The translations under genes were made by a program, and so were the position numbers. This document shows, one piece after another, positions 30,880-40,104 of a stretch of 64,000 nt of DNA. Position 1 is the stretch's first letter. Each line of letters opens with the position of its first letter. The notes beneath the pieces are model-generated. The model did not search any database. It worked only from the letters and a program-made list of their open reading frames with translations, and was not told the origin of the DNA. The stretch lies in the IMG/VR virus record IMGVR_UViG_3300026078_000017, positions 186,001 to 250,000 of that record. One strand, given 5' to 3'.

Positions 30880-31482
30880 TTACTCCTTGAGCTTCATGAA
30901 CAAGACAACTTCCTTTGGGTTCACACGAACCCAAGTAAATGAAGTGACCTTTGGGTTCTGGCTCAAGAAGTTCTCAATATCTTGCTTGTTGTAGCGGTTA
31001 TGGAAAAGTTGATCTGGCTCAAAGAAGTCAATCTTCTCTGGTTCATCTGTTGGCTCAATGAAGAAAATGTTGATGGCTTCTTTTTGTCCAATACGAATCA
31101 TCTCTCCAAGACACTCACGAAACGTAGGAAGATGTTCAAGAACGTGGCGAGAGAAAGCAACCTCAAAGGATGAGTCTGGAAGTGAAATCTCCTCAACTGG
31201 AGAATGAAGCGCAGGAACTCCTTGAGAGGTAATGTGGCTATACAAAACCCAGGAAGAGTCAACTCCCATGTAGGAGATCTCATATCCATCATTCTTGTAG
31301 CCAAAATACTCAGTGGCTGGTCCGCATCCAAGATCTACAAGAGACTTATAGCCTGCATTTTTGACATAGTTTCTTACGAAAACCTTGGACTCTGCGTTGA
31401 AGTCACCAATCCAGCTCTTAAACTCACCGAATTTCTGACCAACGTTCTTGTCCCACCATGTTTGATTAAATCTCTCAGTCAT
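30880..31482 (-). CDS. Class I SAM-dependent methyltransferase
   Basis: LVDLGCGP, MGVDSS, LPDSSFEVAFSRHVLEHL. Start moved to ATG 31482. Confidence 0.85.
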   Translation of the reverse strand: MTERFNQTWWDKNVGQKFGEFKSWIGDFNAESKVFVRNYVKNAGYKSLVDLGCGPATEYFGYKNDGYEISYMGVDSSWVLYSHITSQGVPALHSPVEEISLPDSSFEVAFSRHVLEHLPTFRECLGEMIRIGQKEAINIFFIEPTDEPEKIDFFEPDQLFHNRYNKQDIENFLSQNPKVTSFTWVRVNPKEVVLFMKLKE

Positions 31483-31882
31483 TGTCCCACATTTCCTTCT
31501 CGTAAGAATACTTCTTGGCAATCCACTCTTTGTAAAAATGATGTCCTATGTCTAGAGACACATAGTTGTCTCCTTGCATGCCTTGCTCAGAGTAGTCTAC
31601 ATCGTTACAAGCTTTCTTAGAAAATCCTTTTTTGGCTAGGAACTTATGAAACTCCTGTAGCCACAAGCCATCCGTGTAAATCAGTCCATGTTTATCTGGA
31701 TTCCAGGAACTCTTGTAAAAGTAAACCTTGAGTTCTCCCCAGGGCTTCTGTACAGGTCCATCCCAGGATTCGAAAATAAATCTGGCTCTGGCATCACGCA
31801 TCTTGACTTTTCTGTACTCATTTGACCACAACCCATTGCCGGCTGTTTGAATAAGCTTGTTTATTGCCAGATGTTTTTTCAT
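31475..31882 (-). CDS. Hypothetical phage protein (135 aa)
   Basis: GELKVYF...W...GLIYTD...YSEQGMQGDNYVS pattern that I recall from large-phage hypotheticals; not a sugar enzyme. Confidence 0.6.
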   Translation of the reverse strand: MKKHLAINKLIQTAGNGLWSNEYRKVKMRDARARFIFESWDGPVQKPWGELKVYFYKSSWNPDKHGLIYTDGLWLQEFHKFLAKKGFSKKACNDVDYSEQGMQGDNYVSLDIGHHFYKEWIAKKYSYEKEMWDND

Positions 31883-31883
31883 G

Positions 31884-32606
31884 TTACTTACCTGCTGTTT
31901 GTTGGAGGGCTGCCTTCATTGAGATACAGCAAAGTTGAGGAATCCGTGGGTCATACTTCGGATTATGAGAAACGTTATATTCAACCAGCATCTCATCCAG
32001 GTTTGCAAAATTAAACCAAGAAACACACTTAAGCCATAAGTGATAGTCTTCTGCTACTGGATAGGTGTTGTCGTATCCACCAGTTCTCAAGACAACTTCC
32101 GGGCGAAACACCACAGAAGGGTGGGCAAGGGCATTGTGACCAAGGAGTAGCGTTTTCTTTATTTCTGCATTTTCCTTGGGATAAGTCATCTGACTATTCA
32201 AAACGACTTTGGTCCCTGTGGAATAGTCGACTCTTAGGATTTGAGTACCACAAATATGAACGTCAGGATTTTCTGTCATGAACTTGACTTGTTTTTGGAG
32301 TTTGGTTGGTTCCCAAACGTCATCAGCATCAAGTCGAGCAATCAAGTCTGAACTTGCTTCCCCAAGAATCGTAAAGAGTCCTTTGTTCAAGGCAGGAACG
32401 ATTCCAGGTTCCTTGCAAGAAAGCAAGGTCCAATCTTGACCAGCCTCATCCATAAGGTCACTAACGATTTTTACGGTATTGTCCGTGCAGTTGTTGTCAA
32501 CCAACACAAGACGATAGACTCTATAAGTCTGAACTAATAAAGATCTAATTGCTCTTTCAATGGTTTTCTCACCATTGAACACAGGAAGCAAAACCGCTAC
32601 TTTCAT
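31884..32606 (-). CDS. GT2 glycosyltransferase
   Basis: LLPVFNGEKTIERAIRSL, VDNNCTD, IARLDADD, HPSVVFR, EDYHLW. Confidence 0.9.
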   Translation of the reverse strand: MKVAVLLPVFNGEKTIERAIRSLLVQTYRVYRLVLVDNNCTDNTVKIVSDLMDEAGQDWTLLSCKEPGIVPALNKGLFTILGEASSDLIARLDADDVWEPTKLQKQVKFMTENPDVHICGTQILRVDYSTGTKVVLNSQMTYPKENAEIKKTLLLGHNALAHPSVVFRPEVVLRTGGYDNTYPVAEDYHLWLKCVSWFNFANLDEMLVEYNVSHNPKYDPRIPQLCCISMKAALQQTAGK

Positions 32607-32609
32607 AAA

Positions 32610-33416
32610 TCACCTCTTTACAAAAGTCAAAGGTACTAGTTGATGAGCCGACTTGTTCTTGATTCTTTGGAATGTTTTAATGTCAATCTTCTTGCCTTCA
32701 TTCCACAAGCTAAGCAAGTCTCCTTCAGAACCTCCACCAAACACGTTCTTTACTTCAGACTGCACACGGTTATGGGGAACGTTGAAAACTCTCGATACCG
32801 TGAAACAAGCCATCTGTGGATGAGGAATCTGATTGTGAAGGTGAGACATGTTTCCTTCAAAGGTATTTGGGGATTTCCAGTCACCACTGTTGTTCATGGC
32901 AAACAAGGCGTCTGTCCTACGAAACACGTGCCCATCTACGGACAAAGGGTAATTCCAGTCCCAGTCTGTACCCTTCCAGTTCCACACAAAGAATGGTTCT
33001 TTGGTTACGCCTGCATGTGGAACACTCTGTCTTGATTGTGTGGAATAACAAAAATCTAGGTGCTTGCCAAGTCTGAGACTAAAGCAAAACACTGGAAGGT
33101 TGCCTCCAAGAAATCTTGTTATCAGGTCAAAATCCACATTATCCTTAAACACGTCATCGTCTGTGAAGTACACGACATGTTCCTTGGCTCCATTCACAAG
33201 ACCCATGGTTTGTGTGCGAAAGTCAAACTCAGGATGAAAGTTCACTTTTGGGAAAGCCTGTTTCGCCTGTTCCATAGGCCAAATATACTCGTGGTCAGCC
33301 TTGTAAAGGACATTCACATCTGTAGGATCCATGTTCGAGTTATAAAACATGGACTCCAACAGAGCAAACAACTGCATTGGTCTGTTTTTAGAAAACACAA
33401 TTGCGGTAATGTTCAT
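32610..33416 (-). CDS. Putative GT-A fold glycosyltransferase
   Basis: FSKNRPMQL, YFTDDD, YPLSVDGHVFR; cluster context. Confidence 0.55.
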   Translation of the reverse strand: MNITAIVFSKNRPMQLFALLESMFYNSNMDPTDVNVLYKADHEYIWPMEQAKQAFPKVNFHPEFDFRTQTMGLVNGAKEHVVYFTDDDVFKDNVDFDLITRFLGGNLPVFCFSLRLGKHLDFCYSTQSRQSVPHAGVTKEPFFVWNWKGTDWDWNYPLSVDGHVFRRTDALFAMNNSGDWKSPNTFEGNMSHLHNQIPHPQMACFTVSRVFNVPHNRVQSEVKNVFGGGSEGDLLSLWNEGKKIDIKTFQRIKNKSAHQLVPLTFVKR

Positions 33417-34414
33417 AGTGGATGTTTCTCGCACCAGTCTTTCATGATTTCAGGTGCGTTTCTCAAAATCTTGACAGAAGGAGTTGTGGAACCATCCCAA
33501 GGACTGTGGAAAATCCATCCGCCAGTCTTGTCGCGAAGTTCCTTTGCCTTGGCTTCAATCATCTCATCCGTAACCTGTTCCCAGGGAACATCAAAGAAGA
33601 CATTCGAGGAACGATTGATGTCATTATACATTGACTTCCAGAAATCCCCAAAGAAGTGCTTATACTTCTCAATCTTGCCCTTGATGCTGTACCAGGAATA
33701 GTGATACACCGTTGGCAAACCAAAACTCATTTGATTATACCATTTTTCATAGGCTTCAAGAGCCTTAGGATCTTTTAGGGCTGCCATTCTCAAGGACTCA
33801 AGTTGACTATTCATGAAGTTCAAACTTGGAACCGGAAGTCCTTGTTCTTTATTGATATAGTCACAGGTGTCCGTTCCTGGCTTTGCATAAACTAGTCCGT
33901 TGACAACCTGACGATGTGTAACCGGCATACCATGAGTAATGCCTGGGTGATTGCGACTTACACGCCACTTCCATGGGTTGATGTCCACACGAACTTTGTC
34001 TGGACCGCCCCAAAACTCCACAACTGGCAAGCACAACAGAGGAACATCCTCAAGGTTTTTTGCTTGAACAATCAAGTTATCCAAAATAGGTCTGTCAGAG
34101 GCATGAACGACTTCATCACAGTCCATCTGCCAAAGATAGTCGCCTGTACACTTCTCACGAGCTGCTTGCTTGAGCACACCATCATACACTCCGTGGTTTG
34201 GAGCATTCCAGTCCATGTCGGCATAATAAACAAAGAGCTTACCTTTGTTGGCTGCCATCATGTCTGCGAGAACTTTTCTCGTGTCATCGGTTCCGTCCGA
34301 GGAGTCCATTACAACGACTTCATCACAGAAGTCGATAAGAGACTGAATGGACTCCCTAAAAGGGTAATCCATGGCAATGCAGTTACGAGTGGTTGTATAT
34401 CCAGATAGTTTCAT
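33413..34414 (-). CDS. GT2-like glycosyltransferase
   Basis: YPFRESIQSL..FCDEVVVMD...DDT, KQAAREKC, WQMDCDEV (DxD). Confidence 0.75.
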   Translation of the reverse strand: MKLSGYTTTRNCIAMDYPFRESIQSLIDFCDEVVVMDSSDGTDDTRKVLADMMAANKGKLFVYYADMDWNAPNHGVYDGVLKQAAREKCTGDYLWQMDCDEVVHASDRPILDNLIVQAKNLEDVPLLCLPVVEFWGGPDKVRVDINPWKWRVSRNHPGITHGMPVTHRQVVNGLVYAKPGTDTCDYINKEQGLPVPSLNFMNSQLESLRMAALKDPKALEAYEKWYNQMSFGLPTVYHYSWYSIKGKIEKYKHFFGDFWKSMYNDINRSSNVFFDVPWEQVTDEMIEAKAKELRDKTGGWIFHSPWDGSTTPSVKILRNAPEIMKDWCEKHPL

Positions 34415-34422
34415 TTGATTCC

Positions 34423-35286
34423 TTACTTGCAATGTTCAGTCATGTAATATGGACAATACTTGCATGAGTTTCTATTTTTGGTGAAAATCTTCTTTTCGAC
34501 AGACCCAACCATTCTGTAGATGTTCTCCATTGCCTTTTCGATTGCCTTCTCACCAACCGACACAGGCACGAACTCGATGTGCTCACCTGGCTTTGCTGTT
34601 CTCTTGAGAAGAACCCAGGCACATCTAACCTTTTCGATTGGAACATTATTCTTGGCACACCAGAAGTGCTTGTAAAGCACAAGCTGCATCTGTTTCATTT
34701 GGTCACGCTTCTTGTCCCCAGTCCAACCCCAGTCGGTTGTCTTCCAGTCAATAATCCAATATTGCTGTTCAATCTCTGGTTCCTTCTTACGCTTGTCGAC
34801 CTTCTCACACTCAAGGACACAGTCAATAAAGCCCTTGAAGTAGCGGTTCTTCTTTTTTTCTAGACTTTCGAACAAGTCGTACTCAGCAGCAATGATCTTG
34901 TAGTTCTGAAAGTTCTCCTGAAGAAATCCTGGAAGTTCCTCAAAAATAGGCTTGACTGTGGCAGCCCACACAGCAGGGTCATCCTTGAACTCAGGGATTG
35001 CCTTGAGAACCTCAATGACCTTCTCGCCTGTGACAACAGGGTCTAGTGGAGCCTTGCCAAGCAAATACTGCTCAATGGCATCATGGAGCGTTCCACCAAA
35101 CTCTGTGTGTTGGGTTGGCTTGTCCTCCCCAAGTTTATCGATGTGCTTCAACTTGTGACGAAAGGAACACTCGAACCAATCTGTGAACTCGGAATAGGAC
35201 ACATGCCACTTCAACGTTGGAAGTGGGTTGCCCTCAAAGATCATTGGTAACTTGATTTTTTCTTGTTCTTCTGTTATTTCAGACAT
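34423..35286 (-). CDS. PD-(D/E)XK exonuclease (RecB/Cas4-like, probable Fe-S)
   Basis: SYSEF...C, G..LH..IE, E..L, GFID, IIDWKT, Q...Y, C-terminal CKYCPY...C. Confidence 0.85.
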   Translation of the reverse strand: MSEITEEQEKIKLPMIFEGNPLPTLKWHVSYSEFTDWFECSFRHKLKHIDKLGEDKPTQHTEFGGTLHDAIEQYLLGKAPLDPVVTGEKVIEVLKAIPEFKDDPAVWAATVKPIFEELPGFLQENFQNYKIIAAEYDLFESLEKKKNRYFKGFIDCVLECEKVDKRKKEPEIEQQYWIIDWKTTDWGWTGDKKRDQMKQMQLVLYKHFWCAKNNVPIEKVRCAWVLLKRTAKPGEHIEFVPVSVGEKAIEKAMENIYRMVGSVEKKIFTKNRNSCKYCPYYMTEHCK

Positions 35287-35334
35287 TACAAGAGTAAGTC
35301 TGCGTTACAAAGAACCGAAAGGATTATGTGAGTC

Positions 35335-35586
35335 TTATTCTTCAATTCCTGCTTCAATTTTTTCTTTCTTTGTCATTGGTGCCAAACAATATTTTGTTGA
35401 TCGCTTTATTGTTCTACCCAATGGGGTTTCAATAGATGTTTCATCAATGAAACATTCATTAACATCTATAGAATCTTTTTCTTCACCTTCTCCTAAGAGA
35501 CTTTTCACGAAATTCATCGCAAGTTTCTTAGTAGAAAAATAATGTGTATTAGAAGTCGAATAAATATAGACAGAATAAATCTTCAT
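35335..35586 (-). CDS. Hypothetical AT-rich protein (83 aa)
   Basis: ORF overlapping the IMPDH stop (ATGA); markedly AT-rich. Confidence 0.5.
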   Translation of the reverse strand: MKIYSVYIYSTSNTHYFSTKKLAMNFVKSLLGEGEEKDSIDVNECFIDETSIETPLGRTIKRSTKYCLAPMTKKEKIEAGIEE

Positions 35587-36632
35587 TTTCTAACTCCAAA
35601 TGACACGTTCTTACGGAACTCTTCAAGGTTTCTTGCGTTAGAGTAACTCATAGAACTCTGAAGTCCACCCTTAATGTGTTTAACCACATCTCCAACCGTC
35701 TCACCCGAGATATCCAACACTGTGGAAATACCTTCTGGTGTAGGTAGCACTGCGGCGTCCTTGATGGTCAACATGGCATCTTTGGAAGCCATACCACGAT
35801 AGACCTTCATTCCATTGATACGCGGTCCTGGAGCCTCCTGGCAGCTCGCAAAAAGCCTTCCGGACATAACCAGGTCAGCACCCAAGCCAAGAGCCTTGGC
35901 AATGTCGCCAATTTCCTGGATACCACCATCAGCAACAAGTAGGGGCTTTTCCAACATGTGATTATGGGCTTGTTTATACTTGTCCAGGTAAATTCTTTGG
36001 TTAATATCACGAGCACAATCCATTACGGCCGAAAACTGAGGGACAGTTACGCCTGTGATATTCTTGGTTGTACACACAGCACCTGGACCAATGCCAATTT
36101 TAACAGCATCTGCACCCCAGGAAATCAAGTCAAGACAACCTTCCGGAGTTGCCACGTTTCCTGCCATGATGAACGTGTACACGCCAAACTTTTGACGCAT
36201 GAACTTAATCATGTCCTTCATCATCAAGGAGTGACCATGAGCAATGTCAATAATGAAGTTTCTGGCTCCTGCCTTGAAAAGAGCTTCTGCTCTTTCTTTT
36301 GAGTCAGAGTTTACTCCGACAGAAACAAAACATTGTCCATCTTCATTCTGAACACGTTCAAACTGTGCTACATTTTCCTCGATTGACATAAAACGATGAA
36401 CAGCACCAATACCACCAGCTCTCCAAATAGCTAGAGCCATGTTCCCATCAGTAACTGTATCCATGTTTGCTGACATGACCGGAACGTCCAGTTTAAAATC
36501 CGGAGAACCCAACAAGCCCTCTTTCAACACAAGACTTGTGTCTACTTGCGTCCTGGACGTAATGTCGCTGTACTGTGGATAAATGAACACGTTCTTGTAG
36601 TCCAGGTTTTCTACCTCTTTATGTATTTTCAC
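35583..36632 (-). CDS. IMP dehydrogenase / GMP reductase family protein (no CBS domains)
   Basis: [39 protein letters not shown] (catalytic Cys), ADGGI, YRGMAS, PEGIS. Confidence 0.92.
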   Translation of the reverse strand: MKIHKEVENLDYKNVFIYPQYSDITSRTQVDTSLVLKEGLLGSPDFKLDVPVMSANMDTVTDGNMALAIWRAGGIGAVHRFMSIEENVAQFERVQNEDGQCFVSVGVNSDSKERAEALFKAGARNFIIDIAHGHSLMMKDMIKFMRQKFGVYTFIMAGNVATPEGCLDLISWGADAVKIGIGPGAVCTTKNITGVTVPQFSAVMDCARDINQRIYLDKYKQAHNHMLEKPLLVADGGIQEIGDIAKALGLGADLVMSGRLFASCQEAPGPRINGMKVYRGMASKDAMLTIKDAAVLPTPEGISTVLDISGETVGDVVKHIKGGLQSSMSYSNARNLEEFRKNVSFGVRK

Positions 36633-37071
36633 TATTAAGTTCCTTTACAACATCCGAATATTCAATCAAGTCATCTGCAAAATAGAAGTCTGTCTCGTCT
36701 TTAGACTTGTCGCACAGGTAACCAATGCTACCTTTTTCCGACAGCACGTAAAACTCAGAGGTTACAACAACAGTTTCTGTGGTGGGGTTACCCTTGTCGT
36801 CATAATACCCATCAGCATGGATAATACGACCCACATCAACATGAACAATGGACCCGATTGGGTACTTCTTTTGAAGCAAGTCCCAAATCTGGAACAACAT
36901 GTTGAGTTCCTTCTGGCTAGTAACTGGACGACGTCTTCCATAAAGAGTTTGAAGTCCAAACAAGATACCCGAAGGCAAAGTCATTGGTTGAACCGAAACA
37001 ATCTGTTGAGATATTAGTTGTGGCAAAACTGTCCTGACAGTGGGAAATCTAACTTTTTTTGGTGGTGCCAT
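36619..37071 (-). CDS. Small protein with N-terminal major-capsid (gp23 Gol-region)-like peptide and unrelated C-terminal beta domain
   Basis: ATG 37071 overlaps the upstream stop (TGATG). FPTVRTVLPQLISQQIVSVQPMTLPSGILFGLQTLYG matches the gp23-family VRR..P.LI...I..VQPM..P.G..F motif. Confidence 0.75.
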   Translation of the reverse strand: MAPPKKVRFPTVRTVLPQLISQQIVSVQPMTLPSGILFGLQTLYGRRRPVTSQKELNMLFQIWDLLQKKYPIGSIVHVDVGRIIHADGYYDDKGNPTTETVVVTSEFYVLSEKGSIGYLCDKSKDETDFYFADDLIEYSDVVKELNSENT

Positions 37072-37976
37072 CAGAGAACTATTTGATCCCAAAATGCTTT
37101 GCCACGACCACGAAGATATTGTACCGTGTCTTCAACAGTTCCAGCAAACCAAGGCTCATCCTTGTGCTGAACATTTTCATTGAGGTCAAGAGCACAACCA
37201 ATAATCTTCGCCTCAATAACAACTCTTGGACAGGTGTCAAAATCCAAAGGATGGAAAACTAGTCCATCGCACTTTGCAAGTTCTTGAAGGAAATCGTTGG
37301 CAGCCAAGTTAGAAAGGATCTTGACAGGCATTCTCTTTTCCGTACACCACTTTATGGTTTCCTGTGTACCCTTAATCCAGTTGCTGGACCCCTGAACAGC
37401 CCAAATCTTAATTGGAAGCTTACCAGCCACTTGCTCATGAACTTGACGAAGTTCCAAAAGCTTGTCAATTGTCTCATCTGAGAAAACTGAACTCAAAACA
37501 ACATGCTTGCTTTCTTCCACGAAGAGAAGAGCAGGCATTCTTGACAGGAAATGTTCCTTCTGTTTTTCTGACATCCAGAAAATATGCTGGGCTGCTGAGT
37601 ACAACTTCTCCACGACCATCCCATGAGGACGAAGAGGACAGTCACAAGGACTATTTGTCTGCTTCACGTGTGCCACCTCAGACCTAAACATGCAGTACTT
37701 GTAGTCATATTCGATTACTGAGTACTTGATGTTGTTCTGAATCATGTAGGCAAGACTTGCTACGTCACACTGTGTATAGTTGCCAAGGATCCAATATACG
37801 TCCTTGTATTTCTCCAACATGTCAATCGTGAGACTTGAGGAATGAACCTTGAAAATCTTATGAGGGGACTTCTGGATTATCGCCTCTGAGGTAGCCTCGG
37901 CTCCTCCTGCATAATCCTCTAAAAACATGTCACCGACAAAAACAACACGGGTCCCTGATGGAACTACAAATTCCAT
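37071..37976 (-). CDS. Putative GT-B fold glycosyltransferase (alternative start 38054)
   Basis: YAGGAE N-terminal motif; LVFHPLDFDTCPRVVIEAKIIGC (DxxPxxxxEA) motif. Confidence 0.6.
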   Translation of the reverse strand: MEFVVPSGTRVVFVGDMFLEDYAGGAEATSEAIIQKSPHKIFKVHSSSLTIDMLEKYKDVYWILGNYTQCDVASLAYMIQNNIKYSVIEYDYKYCMFRSEVAHVKQTNSPCDCPLRPHGMVVEKLYSAAQHIFWMSEKQKEHFLSRMPALLFVEESKHVVLSSVFSDETIDKLLELRQVHEQVAGKLPIKIWAVQGSSNWIKGTQETIKWCTEKRMPVKILSNLAANDFLQELAKCDGLVFHPLDFDTCPRVVIEAKIIGCALDLNENVQHKDEPWFAGTVEDTVQYLRGRGKAFWDQIVL

Positions 37977-38019
37977 AGGAACCCCCGTGAAGTGATTATT
38001 TGCTGTGGCTGCGCCTAAG

Positions 38020-40008
38020 TTACGCAGAGTCTTTTCCTGTGGTTGCTGTGTCATTCTTACTCTCGGGTTGTGTGTGCTTGACAACCTCGCGTCCACCCTT
38101 GAACACGTAGGTTCGGCCAACGCTATCAGCATACACCTTAACAATCACCTTGTACGTCATTTCGTCATCCAAACCGAAAGGCTTGTCGTTTCGATAAAGA
38201 ATCTGACCGAAACCCATCGTCAGGGCATTGTCAAGGTCAACCAGGCTGATGGTCTCTTCCTCGGTATCAAAGTGATACTTGCGGTCGTACTTGTTGTACC
38301 CACGAGGACAACCAATCATACTGTCAGCGTCAATCTTCTTGATGCTATACATGGTGTTCTTGATTCCAACAATGTCACCCACCTGGATGGCATCCATGAA
38401 ATCACGAGTACGTTCCTCGTCATAAACCAACGTTCCAGCCTCATAGTCCGCTTCCTGCTCAGGCGAAAGCTTCTCGAAAAGCTTGATCTGTGCCATGAGC
38501 AAATCCTGGCTGGACTGCTGCATCCCGTTATACTTGAAGTCATCCGGGTTGTACTTGCGATCGGTCGTGATAATGTCCTCACGAGTCTCAATCAAGGTCA
38601 ACGGAAGACCATCAGGTCCAATAGGACCATTTCCAGAAGCTGCCGCAGTATCTTCCTCGGTACTTCCCTCGACAGGCGTGGCAACAGGAGCTGCCTCAAC
38701 CACAGGCTCAGAAACCGCGACCTCTTCAACCGACTTAGACTTTTTCTTGGTAGCCATTGTATCTCTCCGATTGCTTACATCTTCGCACGTTTCTTCAGCT
38801 TGTGCAAGGACATTCTCGTTTGTATCTATATTCCATAGATTTGCCTTGGATGTTCTTGTCCGTGTAAATCCAAGAGACCGCAACTTCTCAGCCAAAAGCT
38901 GAGACTTGTAGGTTGCAAAATCCTTGATGTCATGACTTTGATACCACGACTTACGCTTCTCTGCAACCCATGCCAAGGAAACCAAAGTTTTTCCAGGTTT
39001 AAGACTGGAGAAAAATAAGGAGTCAACCTGTTCAACCATCTCCAGGTCATTTTTGATCCCTTTCTTCTCCAACCACTTACAGTAATTCTTGTTTACATTT
39101 TCTGAACTGGAGTTGTACACGGGATATCTCATGACTGATACCACGATTCCACGAAGCTCCTTGTCATCAAAGGTTTCAGGATTTTCCAGACAAGCCTTGT
39201 AGTGAACTGCCAAAGCCATCAAGTCTTCATAGGTCGCTACTCCCTTTGCCCTGTGAGAAGACAACATTCGATGGATGGTGATGTTGCGAACACCTGAAGG
39301 GATTTTAACTCCTTCATCTATTTTAGCCTTAACGTCAGCAATGGGATTTTTGTGCCAGGATTCGAATATTGGGTCTGCCACCTGAACGTCAGCACTGAAA
39401 AGGTTTTTCTTCTTGGGCTTTCTTGGACGTCGACTCTTTTGCATCTCGTCATGAGATTTCTTGGTCATGTCCAAGATATGTTTTGGAAGGTCAACAATAG
39501 GTTCATTTAATCCATAAATGAGTTCATAGAATTTTCCTGACTTATGTTTGCTTGGAGGAACAATAACATAACCTGAGGAACCCTTGATGTCGACCTTGCT
39601 GGCAACACCAGAATATGAACAACTTACTGGAACATCACTCCAGTACCAAAAGTGATATCCACCAGATCCAGTACGATAACTGAAGGTTCTTGGAAGAGAC
39701 TTGATTATCTCGTGTTCTACTTGATCAACGTCTACAACAACCAGGTATTTGCCTGTCTTTGAGGATTTCTGACCTGTGATGACAGCGTAATTAACACTAC
39801 GTTTTCCAGCCATCTTGTTGAATTTCTCAAGGTTGTTGGTGGCAAGCTTTTTCCATCCGAAGTTGAGAAATGGATGTTTTCCTGGTGTACGACAAGTCTC
39901 CTTGTTTCGACAGGTACATTTACAGTTTTCATCAACTGAGTGAACTGGGAATATTTGTAAATCGCAGTCTTCTACGAAGTATTTGAGTATGTCTTCGACA
40001 GGGAACAT
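38020..40008 (-). CDS. Bifunctional primase/polymerase (Prim-Pol + PriCT-1-like) with an unrelated acidic C-terminal module
   Basis: C.C....C..PGKHP, NYAVITG, LVVVDVD, RTGSGGYH.WY, DIKG..GYV.VPPS.H.SG; GVRN PriCT motif. Internal ATG 38757 with GGAG RBS. Confidence 0.85.
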   Translation of the reverse strand: MFPVEDILKYFVEDCDLQIFPVHSVDENCKCTCRNKETCRTPGKHPFLNFGWKKLATNNLEKFNKMAGKRSVNYAVITGQKSSKTGKYLVVVDVDQVEHEIIKSLPRTFSYRTGSGGYHFWYWSDVPVSCSYSGVASKVDIKGSSGYVIVPPSKHKSGKFYELIYGLNEPIVDLPKHILDMTKKSHDEMQKSRRPRKPKKKNLFSADVQVADPIFESWHKNPIADVKAKIDEGVKIPSGVRNITIHRMLSSHRAKGVATYEDLMALAVHYKACLENPETFDDKELRGIVVSVMRYPVYNSSSENVNKNYCKWLEKKGIKNDLEMVEQVDSLFFSSLKPGKTLVSLAWVAEKRKSWYQSHDIKDFATYKSQLLAEKLRSLGFTRTRTSKANLWNIDTNENVLAQAEETCEDVSNRRDTMATKKKSKSVEEVAVSEPVVEAAPVATPVEGSTEEDTAAASGNGPIGPDGLPLTLIETREDIITTDRKYNPDDFKYNGMQQSSQDLLMAQIKLFEKLSPEQEADYEAGTLVYDEERTRDFMDAIQVGDIVGIKNTMYSIKKIDADSMIGCPRGYNKYDRKYHFDTEEETISLVDLDNALTMGFGQILYRNDKPFGLDDEMTYKVIVKVYADSVGRTYVFKGGREVVKHTQPESKNDTATTGKDSA

Positions 40009-40104
40009 GTGTCCCTTAGGTCTAAGTCATATGATTTGGTATGTATCTATCACTCTAATTGGTTATGTTCCACTGTGTTTAATTTGACACACACAATCTA
40101 AACA

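Noticed and set aside
36619-37071. Broken major capsid gene (pseudogene)
   Set aside because: Only about 35 residues are capsid-like, the rest is an open unrelated domain, and neighbouring frames and genes hold no other capsid segments.
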